64,000 bases of DNA from Microcoleus sp. GTDB lineage: Bacteria > Cyanobacteriota > Cyanobacteriia > Cyanobacteriales > Microcoleaceae. The stretch covers positions 2,048,001-2,112,000 of the forward strand of contig CP181291.1 in NCBI GenBank assembly GCA_052279835.1, written 5' to 3'. Under the pieces are notes generated by a model. It was given only the letters and a program-made list of their open reading frames with translations. It made no database searches and was not told where the DNA came from. Below, piece by piece: positions 8,517-17,791 of the stretch. Position 1 is the first letter of the stretch, and every line of letters starts with the position of its first letter. The translations under genes were made by a program, and so were the position numbers.

Positions 8517-9007
8517 AAATTTTTCCCAATCTACAAAGAGAGGAGTTTGATTGTAGAGATGAGGAAATTAATAACTATCTGAAAACTCTAGTGGAAACGG
8601 CTGATGAAGCTGGTTTTTCTAGAACTTTCTTGATGATTTTGGAATCGGGAGAAGCAAAGGTTTGCGGATTTTATACTCTCAGCGCATCGACAATTCCTGT
8701 TAAAGAATTGCCCGATGAATACAAACAACTCCTCCCTTTCCCGATTCCTGCTATTTTGATAGGACAGTTTGCAATTGATAAAGTGTGGCAAGGACAAGGA
8801 ATAAGTCGCCTACTGTTGGCAGATGCTTATCGTCGAATTTGCTTGCTATTTGAACAAGAAATTATTGGATTTCAGGCGATTAGGGTTGATACTAGAAATG
8901 AGGAGGCAAAAGCATTTTGGTTAAAACAGGGTTTTGTGCCTTTTAGAAAGACTCAGCGTTCTCTATTTTTGCCAGTTCGGACTATTCTGAGAGAATTAGA
9001 AATGTAG
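8492..9007 (+). CDS. GNAT family acetyltransferase toxin (TacT/AtaT-like)
   Basis: REEFDC...INNYLK, GFYTLSA, PIPAILIGQFAID..WQGQG, AKAFW...GF. Confidence 0.85.
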   Translation: MGWRFCSLKIFPNLQREEFDCRDEEINNYLKTLVETADEAGFSRTFLMILESGEAKVCGFYTLSASTIPVKELPDEYKQLLPFPIPAILIGQFAIDKVWQGQGISRLLLADAYRRICLLFEQEIIGFQAIRVDTRNEEAKAFWLKQGFVPFRKTQRSLFLPVRTILRELEM

Positions 9008-9035
9008 TTAAAAAATCCAAATTCCAAGATATGCA

Positions 9036-9149
9036 TTTAGAGGTGGTTAAGCAGGTAAGCTTTGAGGAGTAAGCCTGCACCGTGAGCGAATTTTACTGGA
9101 GCGATCGCCCGCACTTAGTTTTTTTGTTACAATCGTCGCAGGTTGCCTT
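9036..9149 (+). repeat. 114-bp direct repeat, copy 2
   Basis: Matches 8031-8144. Confidence 0.9.
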
Positions 9150-9166
9150 AAAATTAGGAGAATCAA

Positions 9167-9370
9167 TTGAAAATCAAAATTATCATCCACGAAGCAGAAG
9201 AAGGCGGATACTGGGCAGAAGTTCCTGCTATTCCTGGCTGTGCAACTGAGGGAGAAACCTTCGAGGAACTACTGCAAAACCTTTATGAAGCGATCGAAGG
9301 TTGCCTGAGTGTAGATATTGAGTCTTTCGAGACAAATGAGCGAGACAAAATTATGGAGATTGTGATATGA
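9167..9370 (+). CDS. hicB: HicB family antitoxin
   Basis: EEGGYWAEVPAIPGCATEGETFEE...NLYEAIEG; TTG start after AGGAG. Confidence 0.9.
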   Translation: MKIKIIIHEAEEGGYWAEVPAIPGCATEGETFEELLQNLYEAIEGCLSVDIESFETNERDKIMEIVI

Positions 9371-9645
9371 ACTCCATGTCTGGCAAAGAGTTAGCCAAGC
9401 TGCTAGAACGTAATGATTGGATATTATTAAGAGTTCAAGGCAGTCACCATATCTAGGGGGAAGCTGGAAACTCAATCCGAATTTATGTGCCAATTTACGG
9501 CAATAAATATCTAAAAATTGGATTGCTCAGACATTTGTTAAAACAGGCAGGGTTATTGGAAAATACCCATCAAAATACCAGCACAGTTGAAGAATCAAAT
9601 AATGAGAATAAAGAGGCGAATGAATCTGATTCGACCGATGAATAA
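9367..9645 (+). pseudogene. hicA: HicA family toxin with an in-frame amber stop
   Basis: MSGKELAKLLERNDW...RVQGSHHI*GEAG...VPIYGNKYLKIGLLRHLLKQAG; TAG at 9454-9456. Confidence 0.85.
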
Positions 9646-9649
9646 CAAC

Positions 9650-9889
9650 GATAGCTGAATTACCACCTAATGGTTTAATCAAGCATTTCATCGGAATGAA
9701 CCAAGGTAAATTGAGCAAATCAATTGCCACGTTAAGCTTGCGATTGATTAATTCCGTAACTTGTTCGTGGGGGCCAGTCGGTTCCAAATCGATTAATTGT
9801 CCATCGATTAATTCGTAGCAGAGTTCATCTAGATAGTTACCAATGAATGCCTGAAAGCTTAGGACACCTGTATCGATCGCGGAAACCAT
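9650..9889 (-). pseudogene. Truncated Uma2 (DUF820) family endonuclease
   Basis: YELIDGQLIDLEPTGPHEQV N-terminus; ends before the PD..EV catalytic motifs. Confidence 0.75.
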
Positions 9890-10182
9890 ATATATTTTTC
9901 CTAGACCCGTTTGCTTTAATTATATCATATCTCTTATTGTTCAAATAGAGATGGCATATCTCGGCGACCGCATTGACTCTCGCGTGCTTGCCGGAAACTA
10001 TCCAGAATCCCTGCGATAGCTAACTAACCAATTTTTCCGAAAAAACCAATCAGAACTCTACAGCAAAGTATAAAATGTTAAGTGGGTGCTCTACCAGCCA
10101 CGGAGAAATCATGATTACATCTCACGGCTGAAGAATAAATTTGCTATAAATGGCAAAACTCAACTCTATTGGAGCAAAACCC

Positions 10183-11191
10183 GTGGGCCAGTTAGATCAA
10201 ATATTCAATTCCGAAGATACGTCCGAAGTAAGTTTGAGTTTCCGAGGAATCTTTAGCAGCAGTAGCATTTGTCGCAGCTTTGACCAATTCTCCTGACACT
10301 GATGCAGATATCTTAGAAAGCGTACTTTGGGAATCGGAAATCTTTGCTGAATATTCCGAAGATGATATGTCAGCCATGCTTAAAAAACTCTCAGGCATTT
10401 CTACCCAAGATGGTGTGGGAGCATTATTTAATACCGCTTGGGAGTCCATTCCAGATGAATTAGTCTTAGATGCTTTTGCTGTCACCGTAGCTATGTTTGT
10501 CGTAGATGGCGAAGTCTCGGACAAATACCAGCATTTTTTGCAGGAGTTCCAGCAAGCATTAGGTTTGGAAGATGAGGAAGCTCAAGAAATTATCGAGGAG
10601 GTAATTGTTGCTTATTCAGAATCTGATGAGGAAGTTTCTGATTTTGATGCGGCATTGTACGAGTCTCCAGAAGGCAATTTTACTGTCCCTATTCCAGTTG
10701 ACCCCCAACAGGGCGGTAAAATTGATGAGCAAGAAGGCAGTGTTACTTTTTCTGATGACTTTGGCGTTTTGCTGAAAATTGATTATTTCCCGATTGGTGG
10801 TGAAGTGGCAGAATTCATCGAGTCTGTTGGAGAAGCAGCTTATCTTAGTTCGTTTCTCAACAATTTTATTGATGGCGCAATTCTTGGTACTTTTCCTCAG
10901 TCCAAGTTACTGCACGCCGAATCTTTAGAAAATGAAGAAGCGTATTTTGCGGTTGTTGATATACCTGGTGGTGCAACTATCAGTGTCCAGAAAAACTTGG
11001 GTTCTAGGACTCGGTTGAATGCCTATCGAGGATTTTTGTCTTTTATCGCTGAGGGTGTTTGTTACACGATCAGTTCTCAGATAGTTTATCAGGAAGCGGA
11101 TGAAGAGGATTCTCTGGAGTCTGAAGTAGAGGTAATTATGGACAAAATTTTAGACTTTATTGAGACTATCGAATTTGCGGAACCTTTATAA
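10183..11191 (+). CDS. TerB-like (tellurite resistance) domain acidic protein, apparently +1 frameshifted near 10240
   Basis: GGAG + GTG at 10183 gives MGQLDQIFNS...SLS; removing one T at AGTTTCCG joins it to EESLAAVAFVAA...VDGEVSD of ORF 10280-11191. Confidence 0.65.
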
Positions 11192-11569
11192 AGTATAGGG
11201 CATGGGGATGCCTGATATCGGCCCCAAGACGATCGGGCCTCCAAGGGCAACTATCCTGAAGGAATCGGGCATCGGTAGCCTACTGTTTCCCTGTTCCTTC
11301 TTCTTGATTGAGCTCGTGCCCTTCGACTACGCGGACTGAAAGGTTCTTGTGCTACCCTTCGACTTGGCGAGGGGATAAACGCAGTCGTTCGATTTAAGGT
11401 CAGGATAAACTCCGTTGAAGAAGATTTTTTCGGGTTCTTTCTTCTACACAATTGTACGATCGAGCACTGGCTAAAAAAAACCAGTTCTCGATCGCACTTC
11501 CAGATTTTTCTAGTCAACCAAACTCGATCGACAGCAGCAATCAGCCACCATCTCAGATAACATAGTCTC

Positions 11570-12115
11570 CTAGTTAGTAGTCTGAGCTTCCTGCAACCTT
11601 TGCTTGAGTTCTTCCAGAGCGCTTGCCCAGCGTGGATCTGGCTGCACGGAACCGGAGTCAGCGCTAGATGAAGTTGTGGTTGCTGGATTGCGACGAGACT
11701 TGTTGTTATCCCGACGGCGACTGCTTTTACCAGAACCTCCGCCACCAGTGCTAGGGGAAGCATCGCGCCGCTGTTGCTGTGGCTGACCCTGGGAAGGTGC
11801 CGAGGCTAACTGTGGCGATTGGGGTGACTGCTGTTGATCATCATCACCCTTGTCCGATTTACCCTTAGAACGTGGCAGCGCCTTCTCTATTTTCAGCGGG
11901 TTTTCCTTGAACATCAAGCCATTGTATTTTTCAATAACTTGGTCTGCTTGTTCATCAGTCAACACCGTTACAAAACCGAATCCTCTGCATTTACCAGTTT
12001 TACGGTCTGTAATTACCTTTGTGGTGACAGATTCACCCTCTGGTGCAAAAACATCTTGCAGTTCTTGGCGATCGAGTTCTTTCGGTAGATTGCCAACATA
12101 TAGACGAATAGACAT
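11570..12115 (-). CDS. RRM RNA-binding protein, long C-terminal type ending PDPRWA (Rbp3/RbpG-like)
   Basis: RNP2 LYVGNL, RNP1 RGFGFV, conserved QPDPRWA..LEELK. Confidence 0.9.
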   Translation of the reverse strand: MSIRLYVGNLPKELDRQELQDVFAPEGESVTTKVITDRKTGKCRGFGFVTVLTDEQADQVIEKYNGLMFKENPLKIEKALPRSKGKSDKGDDDQQQSPQSPQLASAPSQGQPQQQRRDASPSTGGGGSGKSSRRRDNNKSRRNPATTTSSSADSGSVQPDPRWASALEELKQRLQEAQTTN

Positions 12116-12734
12116 GAAAAATTCCTCCAGACTTGGATTCTAATTAGTTTGATCGAACAGCATTACCCGAAGTCAACTGAATATTGACCGCAGGGAAAGA
12201 CGACATTACCGCAGAATCTGCGCGTTCTTCCGACCAACCTTGACAGCTCCCGCCACCTTTTAGAAAAAGATAATCTACTCTCCTGAAGCCGCAACTTGGC
12301 AGCCTATGCAGAGAGATCTTAAATCTAAGGTTGTTCTGTAAACTTTTAGTCATCACTCAAATGTTGAGGCTTTTGGCTATTCTGTATTATTTGCTTCCGG
12401 TTTTGATTCAGAATGTTTATAGCCAGCGGCGTGTAGAAATTTATTTCCCAGGATGTCAATTGTAAGCGATCGGAATGCCAGTATTCAGTTTAATACGGTG
12501 ATGGGTAAAATCCCTAACATTTTTTCAGCCAGTAATTTTACCTCGCTCCTAATGCTGAGGACTATTTACCCCAATCTCCCTTGAATCGGGTTGGGGAGTT
12601 TCTGACCATCATTTAAAGGTATCACAGCCTTGGCAACAGAGCTAGTTATTTAGGAAGATTCACGATCAATTTAACCGAAACCATCTCTGAATCACTTTTG
12701 TGAATTCATCTCCCACAGCGAAAGTGGCTGTAGA

Positions 12735-12815
12735 AAAAAACAGCCGACAAGCGGCTGGCTGAATTTGCTGTGTTGGGAGGTTGACAACTTTTACGCAATA
12801 CCTTTGCGGCTTTAG
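12735..12815 (-). ncRNA. Candidate small RNA (5' hairpin, CU-rich loop, Rho-independent terminator)
   Basis: Minus strand reads CGCAA-AGGTA-TTGCG, then AACCTCCCAACAC, then CAGCC..GGCTG + T7; the 5' end is a guess. Confidence 0.35.
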
Positions 12816-12852
12816 TCACTGAAGTGATTGCGATCGGTCGGCCAATCAAATT

Positions 12853-12870
12853 TATGTAACTAAATGTAAC
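12853..12870 (-). promoter_or_regulatory. HLR1 (RpaB) direct-repeat motif
   Basis: GTTACATT-TA-GTTACATA fits (G/T)TTACA(T/A)(T/A)-N2-(G/T)TTACA(T/A)(T/A). Confidence 0.6.
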
Positions 12871-13011
12871 AGGATGTCGGTAAAAAAGCAACTTTTCTTT
12901 ACGAAGAAGAACCCCCCCCAGCCCCCCCCTTGGGGGGAAGGAAGAGGGAAGAAGGATTCTGCGGCCAATCGCCAATCACAAATCGAACCATCCCCCATCT
13001 AAATATTGTGC

Positions 13012-13075
13012 AAATTATCTATGCTCCCCAAACAGCAGCAGCAAAGGCTAAAATTGCCGACCAGATGGGATGCCC
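13012..13075 (-). repeat. Diverged duplicate of the M48 gene 3' end
   Basis: Encodes GHPIWSAILAFAAAVWGA* and matches ~13100-13163 with mostly third-position changes. Confidence 0.85.
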
Positions 13076-13076
13076 C

Positions 13077-15551
13077 CTATCGATACATTTCTCCCTGAAA
13101 AATGATATATGCTCCCCAAACAGCAGCAGCAAAGGCTAAAATCGCCGACCATATAGGATGTCCGCTGTTGCTAACTCTGCCACCTTGGCTGCGGAGGGTT
13201 TCGAGATCGATCGCCACAGTAGCTCCCCTTCGCAGCCAACCAGTCGCCACCACCGATTGTCCTACCAAATCACTGGGGCGAGTAGGTTGTGGCCACAAAG
13301 AGCCGATCGGACCAAACCTCGAAACATAGTGTAACCTCACCAACCCAGTCCCCGTCTGCAAAATCAAATCCTGTCCCAGCCAATTAGCCATACCCGATCG
13401 CCCCAAAAGTTTCCCCTGCAACCCCACGGGTTGAGCATCCAAGGGCAAACTATCCGAATTTGACAAAATTTGAGGTAAACTCGGTGCAGTGACTGCTCTG
13501 GGCACAATATCAGGGAAAAAATCATTAATCCGCATCAAAGTACCAAGACAAAAGCCGATCGGCAAACAGCCCCACAGAATCGAGCGATCGCCCCAAAGCC
13601 AATCCAGCCACCAGATACTCGTCCTCGACAAAATCCCCCCAACCAGCCAGAGCACCCCCACAATCGCCAAACTCATGGGAATTCCAAAAAAAGGCGCACC
13701 TTGTAAAAGTAGGGGCGGTGGATGGCGCGGCCAAAATTTTGAATTAAATAGATCCGAAACCTGGAATTTGCCCTTAGTAGACTCCAAAGTTCCGAGATTC
13801 GCCAAATCCAACTCAGTTTCAAGTTGCCAGAATTGAGCATAAAGAGCCAACAACTTTAAACGCTCACCCATTAAAGGATGCGTGCTGTTAACCGTCAACC
13901 AATTGCGACAAGGATTGCTGACATCCCACAGCAAAATCTGTTCCAGAGGCGCGTGTAACCCAGCCGAACCAATAGTTACAGCTTGTCCCAACCCCACAGG
14001 AAATAGCAGCTCGAAACCTTCGAGGAAAAAGCTAGTTTGCTGCTGCTGCTCAATATTTTTCGCCATCCCGATCGCAATTTTAGCCAAAGCCCGCGTCAAA
14101 CCATTGGGATTCCCCGTAATTTCTGCCGCGGTGCGATCGCTAAAATATACTCGACGGCGGGACACCCACAACATCGGCCATCTCAGCAACTTATAAATCC
14201 CGTAACTTCCAGCAGAAATCCCCGCCGCCAAAACTTTGACAACAGAACGAAAAAACTCGATCGAAATTAAACCAGATAACCGCTCCTCCCAGTGCACCAC
14301 CAGCCCATAAATCAGGTAAGGAATCTGAATTACCAAAACCGCCAAAGACATCGGTGCAAAATCCCAGTGAGCGATATGCGCCAATTCCCGCGCCAAAATA
14401 GTCGCAATTTCATCCTCCGTCAATTGGTCCAAAAGTCCCTGACTCACAGCAATCCGAGCAAATCTCGGCAAACAGCCATAACTGAAAGCTACTGGTACAT
14501 CAATCGGTAACAATTGGAGCACTGGGGCCGGCATATTCTGCTGTTTACAAAAATTTCGCACTACCCGATTAGCTTCTTTGCTGGACTTCAATAAAGTTAC
14601 CCCTCCCAGAGGTTCCATCCCACAAATCAGTTTCAACACTGCATCTATCAACCACGGAGACGAAGCTAGTAGCAATCCGAACATAAATTGTACAAAAGCA
14701 GTCGGATCGCGATAAAAAATCTGAATCGGCGCAAACACCGGCAATCTAGTAAATATGTATAACTGAACCAACAGAGCATTAACATTGGTCAGCAGGAATT
14801 CCAGGATGAATCGCACCATCAAAAATAGTGCGATCGTACAGGCGAGTGTCTCCACCCGAAAACGCGCAAATTTCAGCAGTTTGAGCTTGCGCCACCCGGA
14901 AGCAGCGCGCCCCGAATTGCGCCAAATCAGTTCGTAAGTATCTGGAGTTACGACTCCGGGGACATCTGCGGGAGCATCTGCATCCGCGACGGTGGTTGTG
15001 GAGGTTTCTGGTTCTGAAGTCTTGGCCAGAGGTGGTTTGCGGGGTGCAGGTACTGGCGGAATCTGTGGCGATTTAACGTTTTTTTGCCTGCTAGTCTGCT
15101 CAAAACCCACCAAATCTGTTTTTTGGTCGGTTGATGGTCGATCGCCTGTGGGCGATATTTTCGGTCGGGAATTGCCAACATCAAAGGGGACGAAGCCAGT
15201 TTCCGGGGGAGTAGCCGGAATTTTTTGTGGATTTTCCGGTGGTTTTGGGGGGCGACGATCGCTCAATGCGGTTAAAGTGCGATCGGCCCAAGTTTTGACT
15301 TGAGTATGGGGATGTTTGGTGAGGGAAGTGCACAGGGCGATGGATTTTTGAAGATTACCAGTGGCTTTATAGGCCATCACCAAGCCCATTTCGGCTCGCG
15401 TACCCAGTGGCTGATTGGTGGCGGATTCAGCAACAGATTCTAAAAGGGCGATCGCCCGATCGTAATCCTGTTGTTTCAAAGCAGCCAAACCCGCATCTAG
15501 AGACTGTTTCATAGATGAATCCGATTGATTTGGATTAGGTGGAGGTACCAT
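13077..15551 (-). CDS. M48/HtpX-like membrane metalloprotease family protein with N-terminal TPR-like helices
   Basis: PVAFSYG, VSQGLL..L..DE, ARELAH (degenerate HExxH), SDRTAA..TGNP..L..AL, STHP. Confidence 0.85.
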   Translation of the reverse strand: MVPPPNPNQSDSSMKQSLDAGLAALKQQDYDRAIALLESVAESATNQPLGTRAEMGLVMAYKATGNLQKSIALCTSLTKHPHTQVKTWADRTLTALSDRRPPKPPENPQKIPATPPETGFVPFDVGNSRPKISPTGDRPSTDQKTDLVGFEQTSRQKNVKSPQIPPVPAPRKPPLAKTSEPETSTTTVADADAPADVPGVVTPDTYELIWRNSGRAASGWRKLKLLKFARFRVETLACTIALFLMVRFILEFLLTNVNALLVQLYIFTRLPVFAPIQIFYRDPTAFVQFMFGLLLASSPWLIDAVLKLICGMEPLGGVTLLKSSKEANRVVRNFCKQQNMPAPVLQLLPIDVPVAFSYGCLPRFARIAVSQGLLDQLTEDEIATILARELAHIAHWDFAPMSLAVLVIQIPYLIYGLVVHWEERLSGLISIEFFRSVVKVLAAGISAGSYGIYKLLRWPMLWVSRRRVYFSDRTAAEITGNPNGLTRALAKIAIGMAKNIEQQQQTSFFLEGFELLFPVGLGQAVTIGSAGLHAPLEQILLWDVSNPCRNWLTVNSTHPLMGERLKLLALYAQFWQLETELDLANLGTLESTKGKFQVSDLFNSKFWPRHPPPLLLQGAPFFGIPMSLAIVGVLWLVGGILSRTSIWWLDWLWGDRSILWGCLPIGFCLGTLMRINDFFPDIVPRAVTAPSLPQILSNSDSLPLDAQPVGLQGKLLGRSGMANWLGQDLILQTGTGLVRLHYVSRFGPIGSLWPQPTRPSDLVGQSVVATGWLRRGATVAIDLETLRSQGGRVSNSGHPIWSAILAFAAAVWGAYIIFQGEMYR

Positions 15552-15710
15552 GACAGTGCCGGCGATCGCTACGCCTCTAATTGCCCTCGAAACGTAGTTT
15601 GTAACTGAGGCTGGCTATCTCTCCAGCGTTGGAAGTGGTTGTCCACTCTTGTCTGCTGTTTGGTGGATAGCGTCTTGTCTAAGATAGCCTAAGCTTCATA
15701 AATAGATAAA

Positions 15711-15816
15711 TAATATTGTTTCCGGTTACATCGGAATGATTTAACCGCAGAGAACACAGAGGACACAGAGGGAGAGAATAGAGTTCTGAATAATTAGATG
15801 CTAGCGGATTTGATAT
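15711..15816. repeat. ~105-bp dispersed MITE-like repeat (CCGGTT.CATCGGAATGATTTAACCGCAGAG...GGATTTGATAT)
   Basis: Inverted or partial copies at ~46756-46806, ~49855-49895 and ~57718-57824. Confidence 0.7.
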
Positions 15817-15889
15817 AACTGCCATTTCCACAACCAAATAGATTCCCGTTCCACAAGAATATTGATTTTTTGCGGAACGGATTCCCAGC

Positions 15890-16513
15890 CTACTTAGTCT
15901 TATCCAAATTCCGCGACTCCAACCAAATAGGAATTGCAATCCAAGCCACTGCTAACAGTAAAGCCACTACCGCAAATTGAGCAGCCCAAGCTACCAATTT
16001 CTCTAAAGACACAACTTGCCCTAAAAAGTAGGATAAACTTACCATTACAGAGGCCCAACTGGCGGCACCGAGAATGTTGAACAGCGAAAATTTCCAAAAA
16101 GGCATTTCGGCTATTCCTGCTAGGGGGCTGGCAAAAATTCTCAGCAGTGCGATAAACCTGCCTAAAAAAACAGCCTTAGCTGCATTTTCGCTAAACTTTT
16201 CTTTCAAGTCAAACAGTTGTTCTTCTCGAAAACGAAAGATTTTTCCTAGCTTCAGCAATAGTGGCCAGCCGCCGTATCTGCCGATCGCATAACCAAAATT
16301 TCCCCCCAATGTAGCACCCGCGATCGCACTTCCGAGCACAAACCAATAGTTCAGTTCCCCACTGCCGGCTAAAAAGCCACCAGCAATCGTAATCGTCTCC
16401 CCAGGGAGAGGAATTCCCAGATTTTCCAGTAAAATTCCCAGAAATATTGCCCAGTAGCCGTAATCCTGAGCAAATTTCTGAATAGTCTCTAGCGATAAAA
16501 ACTCAAAAGACAT
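15890..16513 (-). CDS. DedA family protein
   Basis: LENLGIPLPGE, YAIGRYGG, VFLGRFIALLR. Confidence 0.92.
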   Translation of the reverse strand: MSFEFLSLETIQKFAQDYGYWAIFLGILLENLGIPLPGETITIAGGFLAGSGELNYWFVLGSAIAGATLGGNFGYAIGRYGGWPLLLKLGKIFRFREEQLFDLKEKFSENAAKAVFLGRFIALLRIFASPLAGIAEMPFWKFSLFNILGAASWASVMVSLSYFLGQVVSLEKLVAWAAQFAVVALLLAVAWIAIPIWLESRNLDKTK

Positions 16514-16835
16514 TCGATACTGCCTTCGTAAACTTTTGCAAAGCTCAATACTTTTATATATTGGCTTGATTCAGCCAATAGTGCAATCTTTCATTGTGAT
16601 GACAAACACAGGAGATTAGCGATCGATCGCTCAAAAAAAAACTATCCTTTCACAGATGATAAGTATATCCCCCATGATTCGGATTCCATTCCGGGCGATC
16701 GCCAACCAGCCCAGAGTCTCTTGAAAGCGCTACCCCACCAATTTTTGGGTCTAAGACGGGCTAGCACTCCACAAAAAATAGGTATTAAAGCAGGATTTGG
16801 TATTATTCCTAGGCTCCAATCCCAAAGTAACACTT

Positions 16836-17145
16836 ATGGCCTTTCCCAACTACCAACAACGCATCGTCCTCCAACCACAAAACTGCCTCGACTCTCAAGC
16901 CAGCACTATCCTGCAACAACAGCTAGCAGCCATAGCACCCGATCGCCACAAACTCTGGGTGATTGACATGAGCGACGTAGACTTTATTGACAGTTTCCGG
17001 GCTCTGCGCCTTAGTAGGCGGACTCAATATCGCCCGCCAGCGGGGATGTCGCCTCGTCATCTGTAACTTATCAGCCACAGTCAGGCTGATCTTTGAAATC
17101 ACTCAACTAGACCAACTTTTTGAAATCTTCGACTCTTTTGATTGA
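16836..17145 (+). pseudogene. STAS domain anti-sigma factor antagonist, +1 frameshift at ~16995
   Basis: VIDMSDVDFIDS|SGLCALV...CRLVICNL..TVRLIFEITQLDQLFEIF once one T is removed from AGTTTCCG. Confidence 0.8.
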
Positions 17146-17791
17146 CATATCCAGAGCTAATTTGGATATCATAAATTGGCATATTTGTCAAGCATAACCA
17201 ATGACAAACAAATAAATCCGGCAGTTGAACCCCCACAGAAGCGATCGCCGGTGCAGCGGGAAAAGGCCAAAGTCGATCGAAACAAATCCTGTCCCCAGCC
17301 AACCCGAACTGCATCAAATAAGTTGCTGGCGGTGCATTTAACAGAGCCAGCAAACGGTAAGCCAAGTCATACAACTCTTGTCGCCAAACATCGGACAAAT
17401 GCAGCGGTTGAAAATAGCTCAACTCCCCAGACTGCTGGTGGGCCTCGACACCGATCGCCTCAGCATACAGAGGGCCCTTCGCCGTCCACACCACAGGCAA
17501 CCACAAATCGCCCTCCCCAGTCGGAGCTTGCAACTCCTGTTGTACTCGCACCCGCGCCGCCGAGACATCGCGACAAAATTTAAACAAATCTTGAGCGGGA
17601 AACACCAGATGGGACGGCACATCCAGTGTCAAAGCACAAATCATGGCATCTTTGTTGGCGATCGCCCCACCGTCTAGGTCCGCAACTCCACAGATCTTCA
17701 CCTCAGTGGCAGAATTAACATGGGCGATCGCAGCCGACAGAGCCAAAGCCTGGGCCCTATTGGCATCCGCCACAATCAAAACCCTAGACAT
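17099..17791 (-). CDS. Conserved hypothetical protein (possibly ATP-grasp-like C-terminus)
   Basis: WLPVVWTAKGPLYAEAIG, FDRLWPFPAAPA; start at ATG 17791 overlapping the upstream gene. Confidence 0.7.
   Translation of the reverse strand: MSRVLIVADANRAQALALSAAIAHVNSATEVKICGVADLDGGAIANKDAMICALTLDVPSHLVFPAQDLFKFCRDVSAARVRVQQELQAPTGEGDLWLPVVWTAKGPLYAEAIGVEAHQQSGELSYFQPLHLSDVWRQELYDLAYRLLALLNAPPATYLMQFGLAGDRICFDRLWPFPAAPAIASVGVQLPDLFVCHWLCLTNMPIYDIQISSGYVNQKSRRFQKVGLVE

Noticed and set aside
11251..11763. 170-aa minus-strand ORF
   Set aside because: Overlaps the RRM gene in another frame and runs through degenerate CTTCGACT-type repeats; no protein-like motif.
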